From: Candidatus Rikenella faecigallinarum | Lineage (GTDB): Bacteria; Bacteroidota; Bacteroidia; Bacteroidales; Rikenellaceae | Assembly: GCA_019113395.1 (NCBI GenBank) | Contig: DXHL01000032.1 | Span: 39,034-103,033, forward strand | Length of the DNA: 64,000 nucleotides | Direction: 5' to 3' | Shown here: positions 53,856-63,569 of the stretch, piece by piece | Layout: each line of letters starts with the position of its first letter | Numbering within the stretch: the first letter of the stretch is position 1 | Notes under the pieces: model-generated | Seen by the model: the letters and a program-made list of their open reading frames with translations, nothing else | Told to the model about the DNA's origin: nothing | Database searches by the model: none | Program-made: the position numbers and the translations under genes

Positions 53856-54509
53856 CTACGACAGGTACTCCACCTGCCACCGCACCTCTTCGGCCACTTC
53901 CTGCGGCAACTGCGGCAACACGGCCATCACCCGCTCCCGCAACGCCGCCCGATGACGATATATCTCCCGCAGGGCATACACCACCGACCGCTCGGTCGCT
54001 GCCCCGCCAAACAATCGCCCGTCGGACAATATCGCTGCATACTGCGCATCCGCCACCCCTGCGTTCGTCGCCAACCGCCCTAACATATAGAACGCCGCCA
54101 GTCGCCGCAACGCACTCCCCTCACCCGTTAAAGCGCCCCACTCCACTGCCGTCGGCCACGCCTCGAGCGACCGCCAAAAAAGCTGCATGGCACACTGTTC
54201 AGCCAACTCCGGCACCCGCCAATCCGCCGCCCACTGCTCCATCTGTGCGGCCGTCACCGCCTCGGCATCCTCCACAAACAGCGCGGCCAGCTTCATCTCC
54301 CGCACATCCTGCTGCCAAAGGGTCTGCGCCAGCTCATGGTCGGGGGCATACTCCGCCGCCACGTCGCGTATGGTCGGCAACGACACCCCGTAATTCAACC
54401 CATACCCCTGCTGACCGCCGCCATACTCCCGCATGGCATCGGTCACTGCCCCGTTCATCTCAATCCGCAAACGGCGCATCAGGGCTATCATCTTCTCCGT
54501 CGTGGTCAT
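53856..54509 (-). CDS. DNA alkylation repair protein (AlkD-like HEAT-repeat family)
   Basis: 217 aa. ...YGVSLPTIRDVAAEYAPDHELAQTLWQQDVREMKLAALFV...AEQCAMQLF matches the PF08713-type pattern as I remember it. Its start codon overlaps the stop of the upstream DHH gene by 1 nt. Confidence 0.7.
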   Translation of the reverse strand: MTTTEKMIALMRRLRIEMNGAVTDAMREYGGGQQGYGLNYGVSLPTIRDVAAEYAPDHELAQTLWQQDVREMKLAALFVEDAEAVTAAQMEQWAADWRVPELAEQCAMQLFWRSLEAWPTAVEWGALTGEGSALRRLAAFYMLGRLATNAGVADAQYAAILSDGRLFGGAATERSVVYALREIYRHRAALRERVMAVLPQLPQEVAEEVRWQVEYLS

Positions 54510-55573
54510 TATGCAGCACCTCCTTCGCCCTGTTTTTCATTCCCTGCCACCGGGCGCACCTTCCGTACCAACGCCTCGAAACGGCTCACCGCCTCGCTCA
54601 TCGGCCCGTAATAACGCCCCCCAGCGGCATTCTTATGTCCCCCGCCGTTGAAATGCTCCCGCGCAAAGAGATTGACATCGAAATCCCCCTGCGAACGGAA
54701 CGAAATCTTGATACACTCCAACGTCTCGATAAACATGGCCGAAAAATCGACCGTCTCAATCGACAACGGCATATTGACAATTCCTTCGGTATCACCAATC
54801 TGGTGATTAAAGCGTGTCTTTTCGGCACGGGTCAGCGTTATATACGCCGTACGGTGCGCTGCATCGACCCGCATCTTTTCGGAGAGAAGGTACCCAACCA
54901 TCCGCAGACGGTTTTCGCTCTGGGTATTGAAGACCGCCTGCGAAATCTCAGGCGGCCGCACGCCCCGCTCCACCAGTTCCGCCACGGCACGATACAGCGC
55001 CGGGGTCAGGTTGCCGTAGCTGAAGTTCCCCGTGTCGGTCATCATCCCCACATACAAGGCTTTGGCCACATCGAGTGTTATCGCCTCGGCACCGCCCCAT
55101 GCCATCAGAATATCGAATACCAGATGCGACGTCGAAGAGTAGGTCGGGTCCGAAAAACTCAGTTCATATTCGGGCGGGTCCATGTGGTGGTCAATCAGCA
55201 CCCGCGGCGCCACCACATTGGCCTCCACCGCCTCGGTCATCTTATCCAGGCGGCTGATTTGGTTGAAATCGGAGCAGATAATCAAATCGGCATCAGCCAA
55301 ATAGGCTCGAGCCTCGTCCGCACACTCCGAGAAAATCTCCACCCGCTCGGCTCCCGGCACACACGTCAGAAATTTCGGATAGTGGTTCGGGACAAAGAAA
55401 CGAACCGTATGCCCAAACCCCGTTAAAAAGGTTGTCAGGGCTACTCCGGAGCCGATGGCATCGCCATCGGGATTGGTATGCGACAGCACAGCTATCGTCT
55501 GCGCTCCGGCACAAAGACGCTGTAACTGGATGACTTTTGTAAAATCCAAGGTATTTTTCATAAATTTGGTCAT
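54509..55573 (-). CDS. DHH/DHHA1 phosphoesterase (NrnA-like oligoribonuclease/pAp phosphatase)
   Basis: 354 aa. SHTNPDGDAIGS (motifs I/II), LIDHH (DHH motif), GGGHKNAAGG (DHHA1). An alternative ATG lies at 55561. Confidence 0.85.
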   Translation of the reverse strand: MTKFMKNTLDFTKVIQLQRLCAGAQTIAVLSHTNPDGDAIGSGVALTTFLTGFGHTVRFFVPNHYPKFLTCVPGAERVEIFSECADEARAYLADADLIICSDFNQISRLDKMTEAVEANVVAPRVLIDHHMDPPEYELSFSDPTYSSTSHLVFDILMAWGGAEAITLDVAKALYVGMMTDTGNFSYGNLTPALYRAVAELVERGVRPPEISQAVFNTQSENRLRMVGYLLSEKMRVDAAHRTAYITLTRAEKTRFNHQIGDTEGIVNMPLSIETVDFSAMFIETLECIKISFRSQGDFDVNLFAREHFNGGGHKNAAGGRYYGPMSEAVSRFEALVRKVRPVAGNEKQGEGGAA

Positions 55574-55639
55574 TCGATTTGAGTCACATTGAGACCTGAC
55601 CTACATTCGGGTCCGACGCAATCGGCAAAAATACGACAA

Positions 55640-55855
55640 ATGGCGATGTTACGCAAAATAGCGCTCTTCTACTACGAAGGTTTCCGCAGCATGACCGTCG
55701 GTCGGACGCTGTGGGCGATTATTCTCATCAAACTCGCCATCATGTTCCTGATACTCAAAATATTCTTCTTCCCAGCCACCCTGCGTGGCATGGACGACCG
55801 CGAAAAAGCCGATTTCGTCACCCACGAACTTATCCAACGCAAAACACACGAGTAA
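55640..55855 (+). CDS. DUF4492-like small membrane protein preceding cydAB
   Basis: Trimmed to ATG 55640 (MAMLRKIALFYYEGFRSMTVGRTLWAIILIKLAIMFLILKIFFF). One TM helix. This is the position typical of Bacteroidetes cyd operons. Confidence 0.65.
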   Translation: MAMLRKIALFYYEGFRSMTVGRTLWAIILIKLAIMFLILKIFFFPATLRGMDDREKADFVTHELIQRKTHE

Positions 55856-55894
55856 ACCCTCTTTTATTCATCTCTAAACCGCATACCCTACCGT

Positions 55895-57421
55895 ATGAAC
55901 CTGCTTGCCGCTGACCTCGGAGCAGTCGTAGACTGGTCGAGAGCCCAATTCGCCCTGACAGCCATCTACCACTGGCTGTTCGTCCCGCTCACCCTCGGAC
56001 TCGGTTTCATCATCGCCTTCATGGAGACCCGCTATGTCCGTACCGGTGACGAATTCTGGAAACGAACCACCAAATTCTGGATGCGACTCTTCGGCATCAA
56101 CTTCGCCATCGGGGTCGCAACGGGGCTTATCCTCGAATTCGAGTTCGGAACCAACTGGAGCAACTACTCCTACTTCGTCGGTGATATCTTCGGCGCTCCG
56201 CTCGCCATCGAAGGCATCATGGCCTTCTTCATGGAATCCACCTTTATTGCCGTGATGTTCTTCGGCTGGGACAAGGTCTCCAAAAAATTCCACCTGGCCG
56301 CCACCTGGCTCACCGCCATCGGCGCCAACCTCTCGGCCCTCTGGATTCTGGTGGCCAACGCCTGGATGCAATACCCGGCCGGAATGCGGTTCAACCCCGA
56401 AACCGCTCGGAACGAAATGGTCAACTTTTGGGACGTGCTCTTCTCGCCCGTGGCCATGAACAAATTTTTCCACACCGTCACGTCGGCTTTCGTACTTGCA
56501 GCGGTCTTCGTCATCGGCGTCAGCGCCTGGTACCTGCTCCGCAAACGTGAAGAGAGACTGGCTCGCAAAAGCATCAAGATTGCTTCGATTTTCGGCCTGA
56601 TTGGTGCCGTATGCGTGATATGGACCGGCGACGGTTCGGCCGTGCAGGTTGCCAAATACCAGCCCATGAAACTCGCCACCATGGAAAACCTCCAGGAGGG
56701 ACAGACCCATGCCCCGCTGTCGTTGGTGCCTGGGGTGGAAATTCCCTCGATGCTCTCGGTGCTGGCATACCACGACACCGAAGCCTATGTGGTCGGTATC
56801 AATGACCTTATCGAAGGCAATCCCGAGCAGGGTATCCTTTCTGCCGATGAGAAAATCAAACGCGGACAACACGCCATCGAAACCCTCGCGGCTTTCAAAG
56901 CTGCTCAAAAAACAGGCGATACTGCTGCCGCTGACTCCATCGCCCAACTCTTCGACCCCGCAACGGAAGCCGGAAAAACGTTCCATAACGACTACTTCCG
57001 CTACTTCGGTTACGGATACCTGCAATCCGCACAAGAGACCCTGCCTCCCTTCATTCCGCTTATCTACTGGTCGTTCCGCGTGATGGTCGGACTCGGAATC
57101 TGGTTCGTGGTGCTCTTTATCTGGATGCTCATCCTCGAAAAACGAAATACACTCGGACAAAAACGACTCCCGCTGCACCTGGCTCTGTGGTCCATTCCGC
57201 TGGTCTACATCGCTTCGCAGGCCGGATGGGTAGTGGCCGAAGTGGGACGCCAACCCTGGACCATCCAGGACCTGCTCCCAACCGTAGCTGCTGTCTCGCG
57301 CCTCGAATCCGCTTCGGTGCAGGTGACCTTCTGGATTTTTGCGGCCCTCTTCACCACCCTGCTGATTGCCGAAATCGGCATCATGGTCAAACAAATCCGC
57401 CGCGGACCTTCGGATAAATAG
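55895..57421 (+). CDS. cydA: Cytochrome bd ubiquinol oxidase subunit I
   Basis: 508 aa. WSRAQFALTAIYHWLFVPLTLG and GWVVAEVGRQPWTIQDLL. Confidence 0.96.
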   Translation: MNLLAADLGAVVDWSRAQFALTAIYHWLFVPLTLGLGFIIAFMETRYVRTGDEFWKRTTKFWMRLFGINFAIGVATGLILEFEFGTNWSNYSYFVGDIFGAPLAIEGIMAFFMESTFIAVMFFGWDKVSKKFHLAATWLTAIGANLSALWILVANAWMQYPAGMRFNPETARNEMVNFWDVLFSPVAMNKFFHTVTSAFVLAAVFVIGVSAWYLLRKREERLARKSIKIASIFGLIGAVCVIWTGDGSAVQVAKYQPMKLATMENLQEGQTHAPLSLVPGVEIPSMLSVLAYHDTEAYVVGINDLIEGNPEQGILSADEKIKRGQHAIETLAAFKAAQKTGDTAAADSIAQLFDPATEAGKTFHNDYFRYFGYGYLQSAQETLPPFIPLIYWSFRVMVGLGIWFVVLFIWMLILEKRNTLGQKRLPLHLALWSIPLVYIASQAGWVVAEVGRQPWTIQDLLPTVAAVSRLESASVQVTFWIFAALFTTLLIAEIGIMVKQIRRGPSDK

Positions 57422-57547
57422 CCCCTCTCGCGAGGCAAACATGCCACAGTCCTTTGCCCGCGAAACAAAAGCCAAACTCAAACACCCTACTCACAACGAT
57501 TCGCGCGGGAGTGCCCCGCTCCCGCTCCATAAAATACAAGTCGCACT

Positions 57548-58699
57548 ATGGAAACACTCACCCTGTTGCAACACTACTGGTGGTTTCTGGTGGCTCTGCT
57601 CGGAGCTCTGCTCGTCTTCCTGCTCTTCGTTCAGGGCGGACAGAGTTTCCTCTTCTCCATCGGAAAAACCAACGAAGAAAAAAGCCTGATGGTCAACGCC
57701 CTCGGACGAAAATGGGAATTTACCTTCACCACGCTCGTCACCTTTGGCGGAGCCTTCTTCGCCTCTTTCCCCCTCTTCTACTCCACCAGTTTCGGCGGAG
57801 CCTTCTACGTCTGGATGGCCATCCTGCTGGTCTTCGTTATCCAGGCCGTATCCTACGAGTTTCGCTCCAAAGCCGGGAACTTCCTCGGCCTCAAAACCTA
57901 CGACACATTCCTTTTCATCAACGGATGCCTCGGCCCGCTGCTGATTGGAACCGCCGTCGGTACATTCTTTACGGGGGCCAACTTCGCCGTCGATACCGCC
58001 AACATCGGCAACATCGATGCTGCGGCAGCCACCATCTCGCACTGGACAACCCCGTGGCACGGACTCGAAGCCGTCCTCGACTACCGTAACCTCAGCCTCG
58101 GACTGGCCGTACTCTTCCTGGCCCGTTCGCTCGGTCTGCTCTACTTCCTCAATACCATTGACGACGCCACCCTCTGCGACCGCTCACGGCGGGCACTGCG
58201 GGGCAATGCCATCGCTTTTCTGGTCTTCTTCCTGCTCTTCTTCGTAAGCATCCTCTTCGCCACCGGCTGGAGCGTGAACCCCGAAACAGGCATTATTACC
58301 CCGGAACCCTACAAATACCTTCACAACCTGCTGGAGATGCCCGTCGTGCTTATCCTCTGCCTGCTCGGAGTGGTAGGTGTGCTCTGGGGACTCGCTCTCG
58401 GACTTTTCACCCAAAGCCGTAAAGGAATCTGGCCCGCAGGCATCGGTACCGTACTGGCCGTACTCTCCCTGCTGCTCATCGCCGGATGGAATAACACCGC
58501 ATACTACCCCTCACTGGCCGACCCGCAAAGCTCGCTCACCATCTACAACAGCAGCTCTTCGGAATTTACCCTCTCGGCCATGAGCATCGTCTCGATTCTG
58601 ATTCCGTTCGTGGTGGCATACATCTGGTACTCCTGGCGCTCCATCAACCGCAAACGGCTGACACACACCGAAATCGAACAAACCGACGAAAAATATTAA
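57548..58699 (+). CDS. cydB: Cytochrome bd ubiquinol oxidase subunit II
   Basis: 383 aa, polytopic. The N-terminus LQHYWWFLVALLGALLVFLLFVQGG is typical of CydB. Follows cydA after a 126-nt gap. Confidence 0.95.
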   Translation: METLTLLQHYWWFLVALLGALLVFLLFVQGGQSFLFSIGKTNEEKSLMVNALGRKWEFTFTTLVTFGGAFFASFPLFYSTSFGGAFYVWMAILLVFVIQAVSYEFRSKAGNFLGLKTYDTFLFINGCLGPLLIGTAVGTFFTGANFAVDTANIGNIDAAAATISHWTTPWHGLEAVLDYRNLSLGLAVLFLARSLGLLYFLNTIDDATLCDRSRRALRGNAIAFLVFFLLFFVSILFATGWSVNPETGIITPEPYKYLHNLLEMPVVLILCLLGVVGVLWGLALGLFTQSRKGIWPAGIGTVLAVLSLLLIAGWNNTAYYPSLADPQSSLTIYNSSSSEFTLSAMSIVSILIPFVVAYIWYSWRSINRKRLTHTEIEQTDEKY

Positions 58700-58820
58700 C
58701 CCGGGGCCACAGAAAAGTGCCCCTCGGAGGATAATCGGTTAGGAAAATCGGTTTTTAATACATACCTTTACGAATAAAGATACACGTACCGATAACTTTT
58801 GATTTAGGGAGGGAGCTATT

Positions 58821-59210
58821 ATGTCAGACACTACGGAAAAAACCAGATATTCGGATGCGGAATTGGCGGAGTTCAAGGCCATCATCCTCGAAAAACTCGA
58901 AAAAGCCAAAGCCGACTATGAATTGTTGCGGGCTACCATTACCCACACCTCCAGCAACGGAACCGATGACACCTCGCCGACGTTCAAGATTCTGGAAGAG
59001 GGTGCCGCAACCCTCTCCAAAGAGGAATCGGGCCGACTGGCTGCCCGGCAGTACAAATTTATTCAGAACCTCGAGGCTGCCCTGGTGAGAATCGAAAACA
59101 AGACCTACGGTATCTGCCGCGAAACCGGCAAACTGATTCCGAAAGAGCGGCTGCGGGTTGTGCCTCACGCCACGCTGAGCATCGAAGCCAAAGAGAGCGG
59201 GGTTAAGTAA
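58821..59210 (+). CDS. TraR/DksA family protein (degenerate zinc finger)
   Basis: 129 aa. Coiled-coil N-terminal part, then ...NKTYGICRETGKLIPKERLRVVPHATLS... Only one Cys sits in the finger region. The equal-length antisense ORF 58824..59213 is rejected. Confidence 0.85.
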   Translation: MSDTTEKTRYSDAELAEFKAIILEKLEKAKADYELLRATITHTSSNGTDDTSPTFKILEEGAATLSKEESGRLAARQYKFIQNLEAALVRIENKTYGICRETGKLIPKERLRVVPHATLSIEAKESGVK

Positions 59211-59296
59211 CACTCCGATTATCGATTGAGGCGGGACAGATTTTGTGCTTGTTTTGGGATAAACACCGCACCCGCTCCATTATGACACCGAATGAG

Positions 59297-59329
59297 AAGG
59301 GATATTGGCTGAAGGAGCCGATATCCCTT
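59297..59329 (+). terminator. Hairpin downstream of the dksA-like gene
   Basis: aagggatattggct gaagg agccgatatccctt. A 14-bp stem with one G-U pair and no clear U tract. Confidence 0.5.
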
Positions 59330-59444
59330 TCATCATGAACATCAATGCGCTGTTACAGCTGCCCCAACGCATTGTTTCAGATTTTGGCACCGTTTGTGCT
59401 ACACCCCTAACGCATCGAAACAACCACACCTAACAACCCACAGA

Positions 59445-62180
59445 ATGAAAAGAAAACACCAAATCCTGATTGCCGTGGGGACCATTGTCCTCATCCTGCT
59501 CCTTATCTTCTGGAGCGTGGCAGCCGAAGCACAAGTCATCCAACCGGTTCTGAACGGGGATACCCCCGTTCAGGACGGTGGCAACACCACCATTCGCTAC
59601 TCCACTGCCGGGTTCTATCCGGTGCAGGGCAGCGGACGCTCGGTACAAAACATGGACCCGGCCTGGCGTTTTGCCAAAGGACGACAGGAGGGGGCCTGGG
59701 AAGAGCACTACCGCGGAGACTCCGCCTGGCAAACGGTCAGCGTACCCCACGGACTGGAGCTGCTCCCCCTGGAGGCCAGCGGTGGGATTAACTATCGGGG
59801 CGAGGCGTGGTATCGCAAATACTTTCAGACCCCGGCATCCGTGCGCGGGAAACGGTTGGTGCTCTATTTCGAAGGAATTATGGGCAAATCCACCGTATGG
59901 GTGAACGGGAAACAGGTAGCGGAGCACTATGGTGGATTTTTACCGGTTATCGCCGACATCAGTGAGGCGATTCATCCGGAGAGCGGGGCGATTAATGTGG
60001 TCGCCGTGCGGGCCGACAACAGCGATGACCCCTCGTTCCCGCCCGGGAAACCGCAGGCACAACTTGACTACTGCTACTTTGGTGGCATCTACCGCGACGT
60101 GTGGCTCGTGACGACCAACCAAGTCTACATCACCGACCCCAACCAAACCGACCGTGTGGCCGGCGGTGGAGTGTTTTGGGCGACGACCGACCTGGCCGAC
60201 GACCATAGCTCGGCAACCGTTGCGCTGCGGCTGAATCTGGCCAACGACAGCCGCCGCGGAGCATCAGGACGTGTGGAATATACGCTGGTGGCACCCGACG
60301 GCACGATTGCTGCCTCCCGCAAACAGAGCTACTCCATTCCGGCCGGCAGCGACCGTACCCTCAACACAAAACTGACCGTCAAGACTCCTGCTCTGTGGTC
60401 GCCCGAAACGCCGCACCTCTATCGGCTCAACATACGGGTAACGGACAACCGGGGTATGGCCGTAGACGGGATGATGCAACGGGTCGGTATCCGTACGATT
60501 GCCTTCAATCCGCAACAGGGATTTGTCCTGAACGGGCGGCCCTACCCGCGTAAACTCATCGGCGGCAACCGCCATCAGGACTATGCCGTTATCGGCAATG
60601 CCCTTTCGAACAACCTGCACTGGCGCGATGCCGTAAAACTCAAGGCGGCCGGCATGGAGATTGTCCGCAACGCCCACTATCCGCAGGACCCTGCCTTTAT
60701 GGATGCTTGTGACCAGTTGGGACTGTTTGTGATTGTGAACACCCCGGGGTGGCAGTTCTGGAACGAGGAGCCGATTTTCGAACAACGCGTATACAGCGAT
60801 GTGCGGAACATGGTGCGCCGCGACCGCAACCGTCCCAGTGTGATTATGTGGGAGCCGATTTTGAACGAGACGTGGTATCCGGAATCGTTTGCCGGCAATG
60901 TCTTTAACCTTGTGCATGAAGAGTATCCTTTCCCCGGCTGCTATACGGCCAGCGACAGCGAAGCCAAAGGACATGAACACTTCGAGATTCAGTTTGCCCA
61001 CCCGGCCAACGGGGGCGGCGGTGCCTGGGGCACGGGGGCGGCGATGCCCGACAAGGTCTATTTCACGCGCGAATGGGGCGACAATGTGGACGACTGGAAC
61101 TCCCATAACTCCACGAGCCGTGTAGCCCGCGGCTGGGGCGAGGTACCGCAGTTGGTACAGGCCAACCATTATGCGGACAACGGCTATAAACACACCTCGT
61201 ACGATATCCTCTACCGCACGCCCGTTTACCACGTCGGCGGGACGCTCTGGCACCCCTTCGACCACCAGCGGGGCTACCATCCCGACCCGTTTTACGGCGG
61301 CATTATGGATGCTTTCCGCCGACCGAAATACTCTTTCGAGATGTTTCGTGCCCAAAATCGGACAGCCCAAGCGGAACCGATGGTCTTCATCGCCAACGAA
61401 CTTTCGCCCTTCTCGCCCGAGGATGTGACGGTATTCAGCAACTGCGATACGGTGGTGCTGTACACGTTTGTGGGAGCGGATACGGTGCGCACCTATGTGC
61501 GAGGCCGCGATTGCGACACCACGGGGATTCCCTCGCCCGTCATTGTTTTCCCGAAAGCGTGGAACTTTATGGCCGACAAAGCCATGTCGCGCAGCGGAAA
61601 ACAGAGAGAAGCCTATATCCGCGTTGAGGGTATTCGCAACGGCAAGGTAGCTGCCGTGGAACAGAAAAGCATGACCCGACGCCCCACTCGGCTGAAACTG
61701 GTAGTGGACCGGGAGGGGGTGAATGCTGTGGCCGACGGCTCCGACCTGGTGACGGTCGTGGCACAGATGACCGATGACCGCGGAATGGTCAAACGCCTCA
61801 ACAATCAGGTGGTTCGCTTTACGATTGAGGGTGAAGGGCGGCTACTGACCCCCGCATCACAAGCCTATGGAGTGCCGCTCGTATGGGGCGAAGCGCCCGT
61901 ACTGGTACAAACGACAACCACCCCGGGCACAATTAAGATACGCGCCGAAATTGCCGGGCCGCAAGGCGACTGGACCGCTCACCCCGCAGAAATCGAGTTC
62001 CGCACGGTGGCTCCCCTGCAGGAGTTGAACTACATGGAGGCTGAGGCGGCACGTTTGGAGAGTGAGGCATCAGAGGCGGCTTCCCCTGCTGCGCTTTCGG
62101 AAGAACGAGCCCGTCAGTCGGAAGAGCTGTTGGAAACGGTAGCGGCTCAACAGGAGGCCTTCGGGGAAAAACAGCAATGA
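59445..62180 (+). CDS. Glycoside hydrolase family 2 (beta-galactosidase-like), secreted
   Basis: Trimmed to ATG 59445 (MKRKHQILIAVGTIVLILLLIFWSVAAEAQ). Sugar-binding domain (WQTVSVPH...YRGEAWYRKYF) and TIM barrel (VRNAHYPQDPAFMDACDQLGLFVI, MWEPILNET). Confidence 0.88.
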   Translation: MKRKHQILIAVGTIVLILLLIFWSVAAEAQVIQPVLNGDTPVQDGGNTTIRYSTAGFYPVQGSGRSVQNMDPAWRFAKGRQEGAWEEHYRGDSAWQTVSVPHGLELLPLEASGGINYRGEAWYRKYFQTPASVRGKRLVLYFEGIMGKSTVWVNGKQVAEHYGGFLPVIADISEAIHPESGAINVVAVRADNSDDPSFPPGKPQAQLDYCYFGGIYRDVWLVTTNQVYITDPNQTDRVAGGGVFWATTDLADDHSSATVALRLNLANDSRRGASGRVEYTLVAPDGTIAASRKQSYSIPAGSDRTLNTKLTVKTPALWSPETPHLYRLNIRVTDNRGMAVDGMMQRVGIRTIAFNPQQGFVLNGRPYPRKLIGGNRHQDYAVIGNALSNNLHWRDAVKLKAAGMEIVRNAHYPQDPAFMDACDQLGLFVIVNTPGWQFWNEEPIFEQRVYSDVRNMVRRDRNRPSVIMWEPILNETWYPESFAGNVFNLVHEEYPFPGCYTASDSEAKGHEHFEIQFAHPANGGGGAWGTGAAMPDKVYFTREWGDNVDDWNSHNSTSRVARGWGEVPQLVQANHYADNGYKHTSYDILYRTPVYHVGGTLWHPFDHQRGYHPDPFYGGIMDAFRRPKYSFEMFRAQNRTAQAEPMVFIANELSPFSPEDVTVFSNCDTVVLYTFVGADTVRTYVRGRDCDTTGIPSPVIVFPKAWNFMADKAMSRSGKQREAYIRVEGIRNGKVAAVEQKSMTRRPTRLKLVVDREGVNAVADGSDLVTVVAQMTDDRGMVKRLNNQVVRFTIEGEGRLLTPASQAYGVPLVWGEAPVLVQTTTTPGTIKIRAEIAGPQGDWTAHPAEIEFRTVAPLQELNYMEAEAARLESEASEAASPAALSEERARQSEELLETVAAQQEAFGEKQQ

Positions 62181-63481
62181 GAATCGATAAAACACACCGA
62201 ATCGGCAGCCGTTCAGCAAGTTTCGCATGGATATTGACGGTGGCGGGAATCCTGCTGTTGTGGAGTGGTAATGCCGCGGCCAGAGAGCGTGTGCAGACGG
62301 GTATCGAAGTGCTGCGCGAGAGCGGATTCGAGCCCCTGCGGGGCAAACGCGTGGGATTGGTGACCAATCCCACGGGGGTCGATTCACGGTTGGTCTCCAC
62401 CATTGACATTCTGGACAGCGCGGCCAAACGGGGAACTTTCCAGTTGGTAGCCCTTTACGGACCGGAACATGGCGTTCGGGGCAATGTGACAGCCGGAGAA
62501 CGGGTAGCCTCGGGGCGTGACCCGAAAAGCGGAGTACCCGTCCTCAGCCTCTATGGAGCCACCCGAAAACCCACCCCACAGATGCTGGCCGGTGTAGACC
62601 TGCTGGTTTTCGACATTCAGGACATTGGGACGCGAAGCTATACCTACCTCTCGACCCTGGGGCGGGTGATGGAGGCGGCTGCAGAAAACCATATTCCCGT
62701 ACTGGTGCTTGACCGCCCCAACCCCCTGGGAGGCCTGCGCGTCGAAGGAAACGAACAGTTGGCCCCCGGCTACACCTCGTTCGTGAGTGCCTATCCGGTG
62801 CCCTACGTCCACGGGATGACCCTAGGTGAAGCGGCTCGGATGCTGAACGAGGAGGGCTTGTTGGCAGGGGGTGTACGGTGCGAGCTGCAGGTGGTCCCGA
62901 TGAAGGGGTGGAATCGCGAAATGACATGGAATTCGTGCGGCTTGCCGTGGGTACCCACCTCACCCCATATCCCCACACCCGAGAGCGCCCTCTTCTACCC
63001 TGCCACAGGAACCGTCGGAGAACTGGGAACACTCCATATCGGGGTGGGCTATACCCTCCCCTTTCAAACGCTGGCCGCACCCTGGATAACCGATGCCGAA
63101 GGACTCTGCCAACGGCTGGAAGCGACTCCCGCCCTGCGCGGTTTTCGCTTCCGCCCCATCCACTACCGCCCGTTCTACGGCTCGGGACGTGAGGCGGAAC
63201 AGCACGGCGTTCAGATTTATCCCACCGACTCGGCCAACCTCTCGTCACTGACCCTGCTCCCCTTCTACGTCATGCAGGAGTTGGCCGCCATGTACCCCGA
63301 CCAAAAACCGCTATCGACAGCCGCCGAATCACGCCGCGCGATGTTCGACAAGGTACTGGGGTCAAATCGGTTGCGCACCCTCTTTATCGGTGCCGGACGA
63401 CGGGTCACGCCTGCCATGGTTCAATTCTGGCAGCCTTCTGCCAAATTTATGGCTCGTCGGGCCCGCCATCTGCTCTACTGA
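62177..63481 (+). CDS. DUF1343 family protein (NamZ-type exo-beta-N-acetylmuramidase family)
   Basis: 434 aa. GKRVGLVTNPTGVDS, DIQDIGTRSYTY, VLVLDRPNPLGG. The ATG overlaps the GH2 stop (ATGA). Confidence 0.88.
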   Translation: MRIDKTHRIGSRSASFAWILTVAGILLLWSGNAAARERVQTGIEVLRESGFEPLRGKRVGLVTNPTGVDSRLVSTIDILDSAAKRGTFQLVALYGPEHGVRGNVTAGERVASGRDPKSGVPVLSLYGATRKPTPQMLAGVDLLVFDIQDIGTRSYTYLSTLGRVMEAAAENHIPVLVLDRPNPLGGLRVEGNEQLAPGYTSFVSAYPVPYVHGMTLGEAARMLNEEGLLAGGVRCELQVVPMKGWNREMTWNSCGLPWVPTSPHIPTPESALFYPATGTVGELGTLHIGVGYTLPFQTLAAPWITDAEGLCQRLEATPALRGFRFRPIHYRPFYGSGREAEQHGVQIYPTDSANLSSLTLLPFYVMQELAAMYPDQKPLSTAAESRRAMFDKVLGSNRLRTLFIGAGRRVTPAMVQFWQPSAKFMARRARHLLY

Positions 63482-63509
63482 CCGCTCGGTCGGCCATAAT
63501 CCCATAAAA

Positions 63510-63546
63510 CGCGGGGCAGGAAAACACTTGGTTTTCCTGCCCCGCG
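63510..63546. terminator. Bidirectional hairpin between the DUF1343 gene and ilvE
   Basis: cgcggggcaggaaaac acttg gttttcctgccccgcg. A 16-bp perfect stem. Confidence 0.8.
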
Positions 63547-63569
63547 CATATCTCGCGTAATCGTAACGC

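Noticed and set aside
53537-55426. 629-aa Pro/Arg/Thr-rich + ORF spanning the alkD-like and DHH genes; also 30956..32566, 34071..35372 and 52257..53498
   Set aside because: They run across gene boundaries and intergenic terminators, have extreme Pro/Arg bias, and overlap well-supported genes on the other strand or in another frame.
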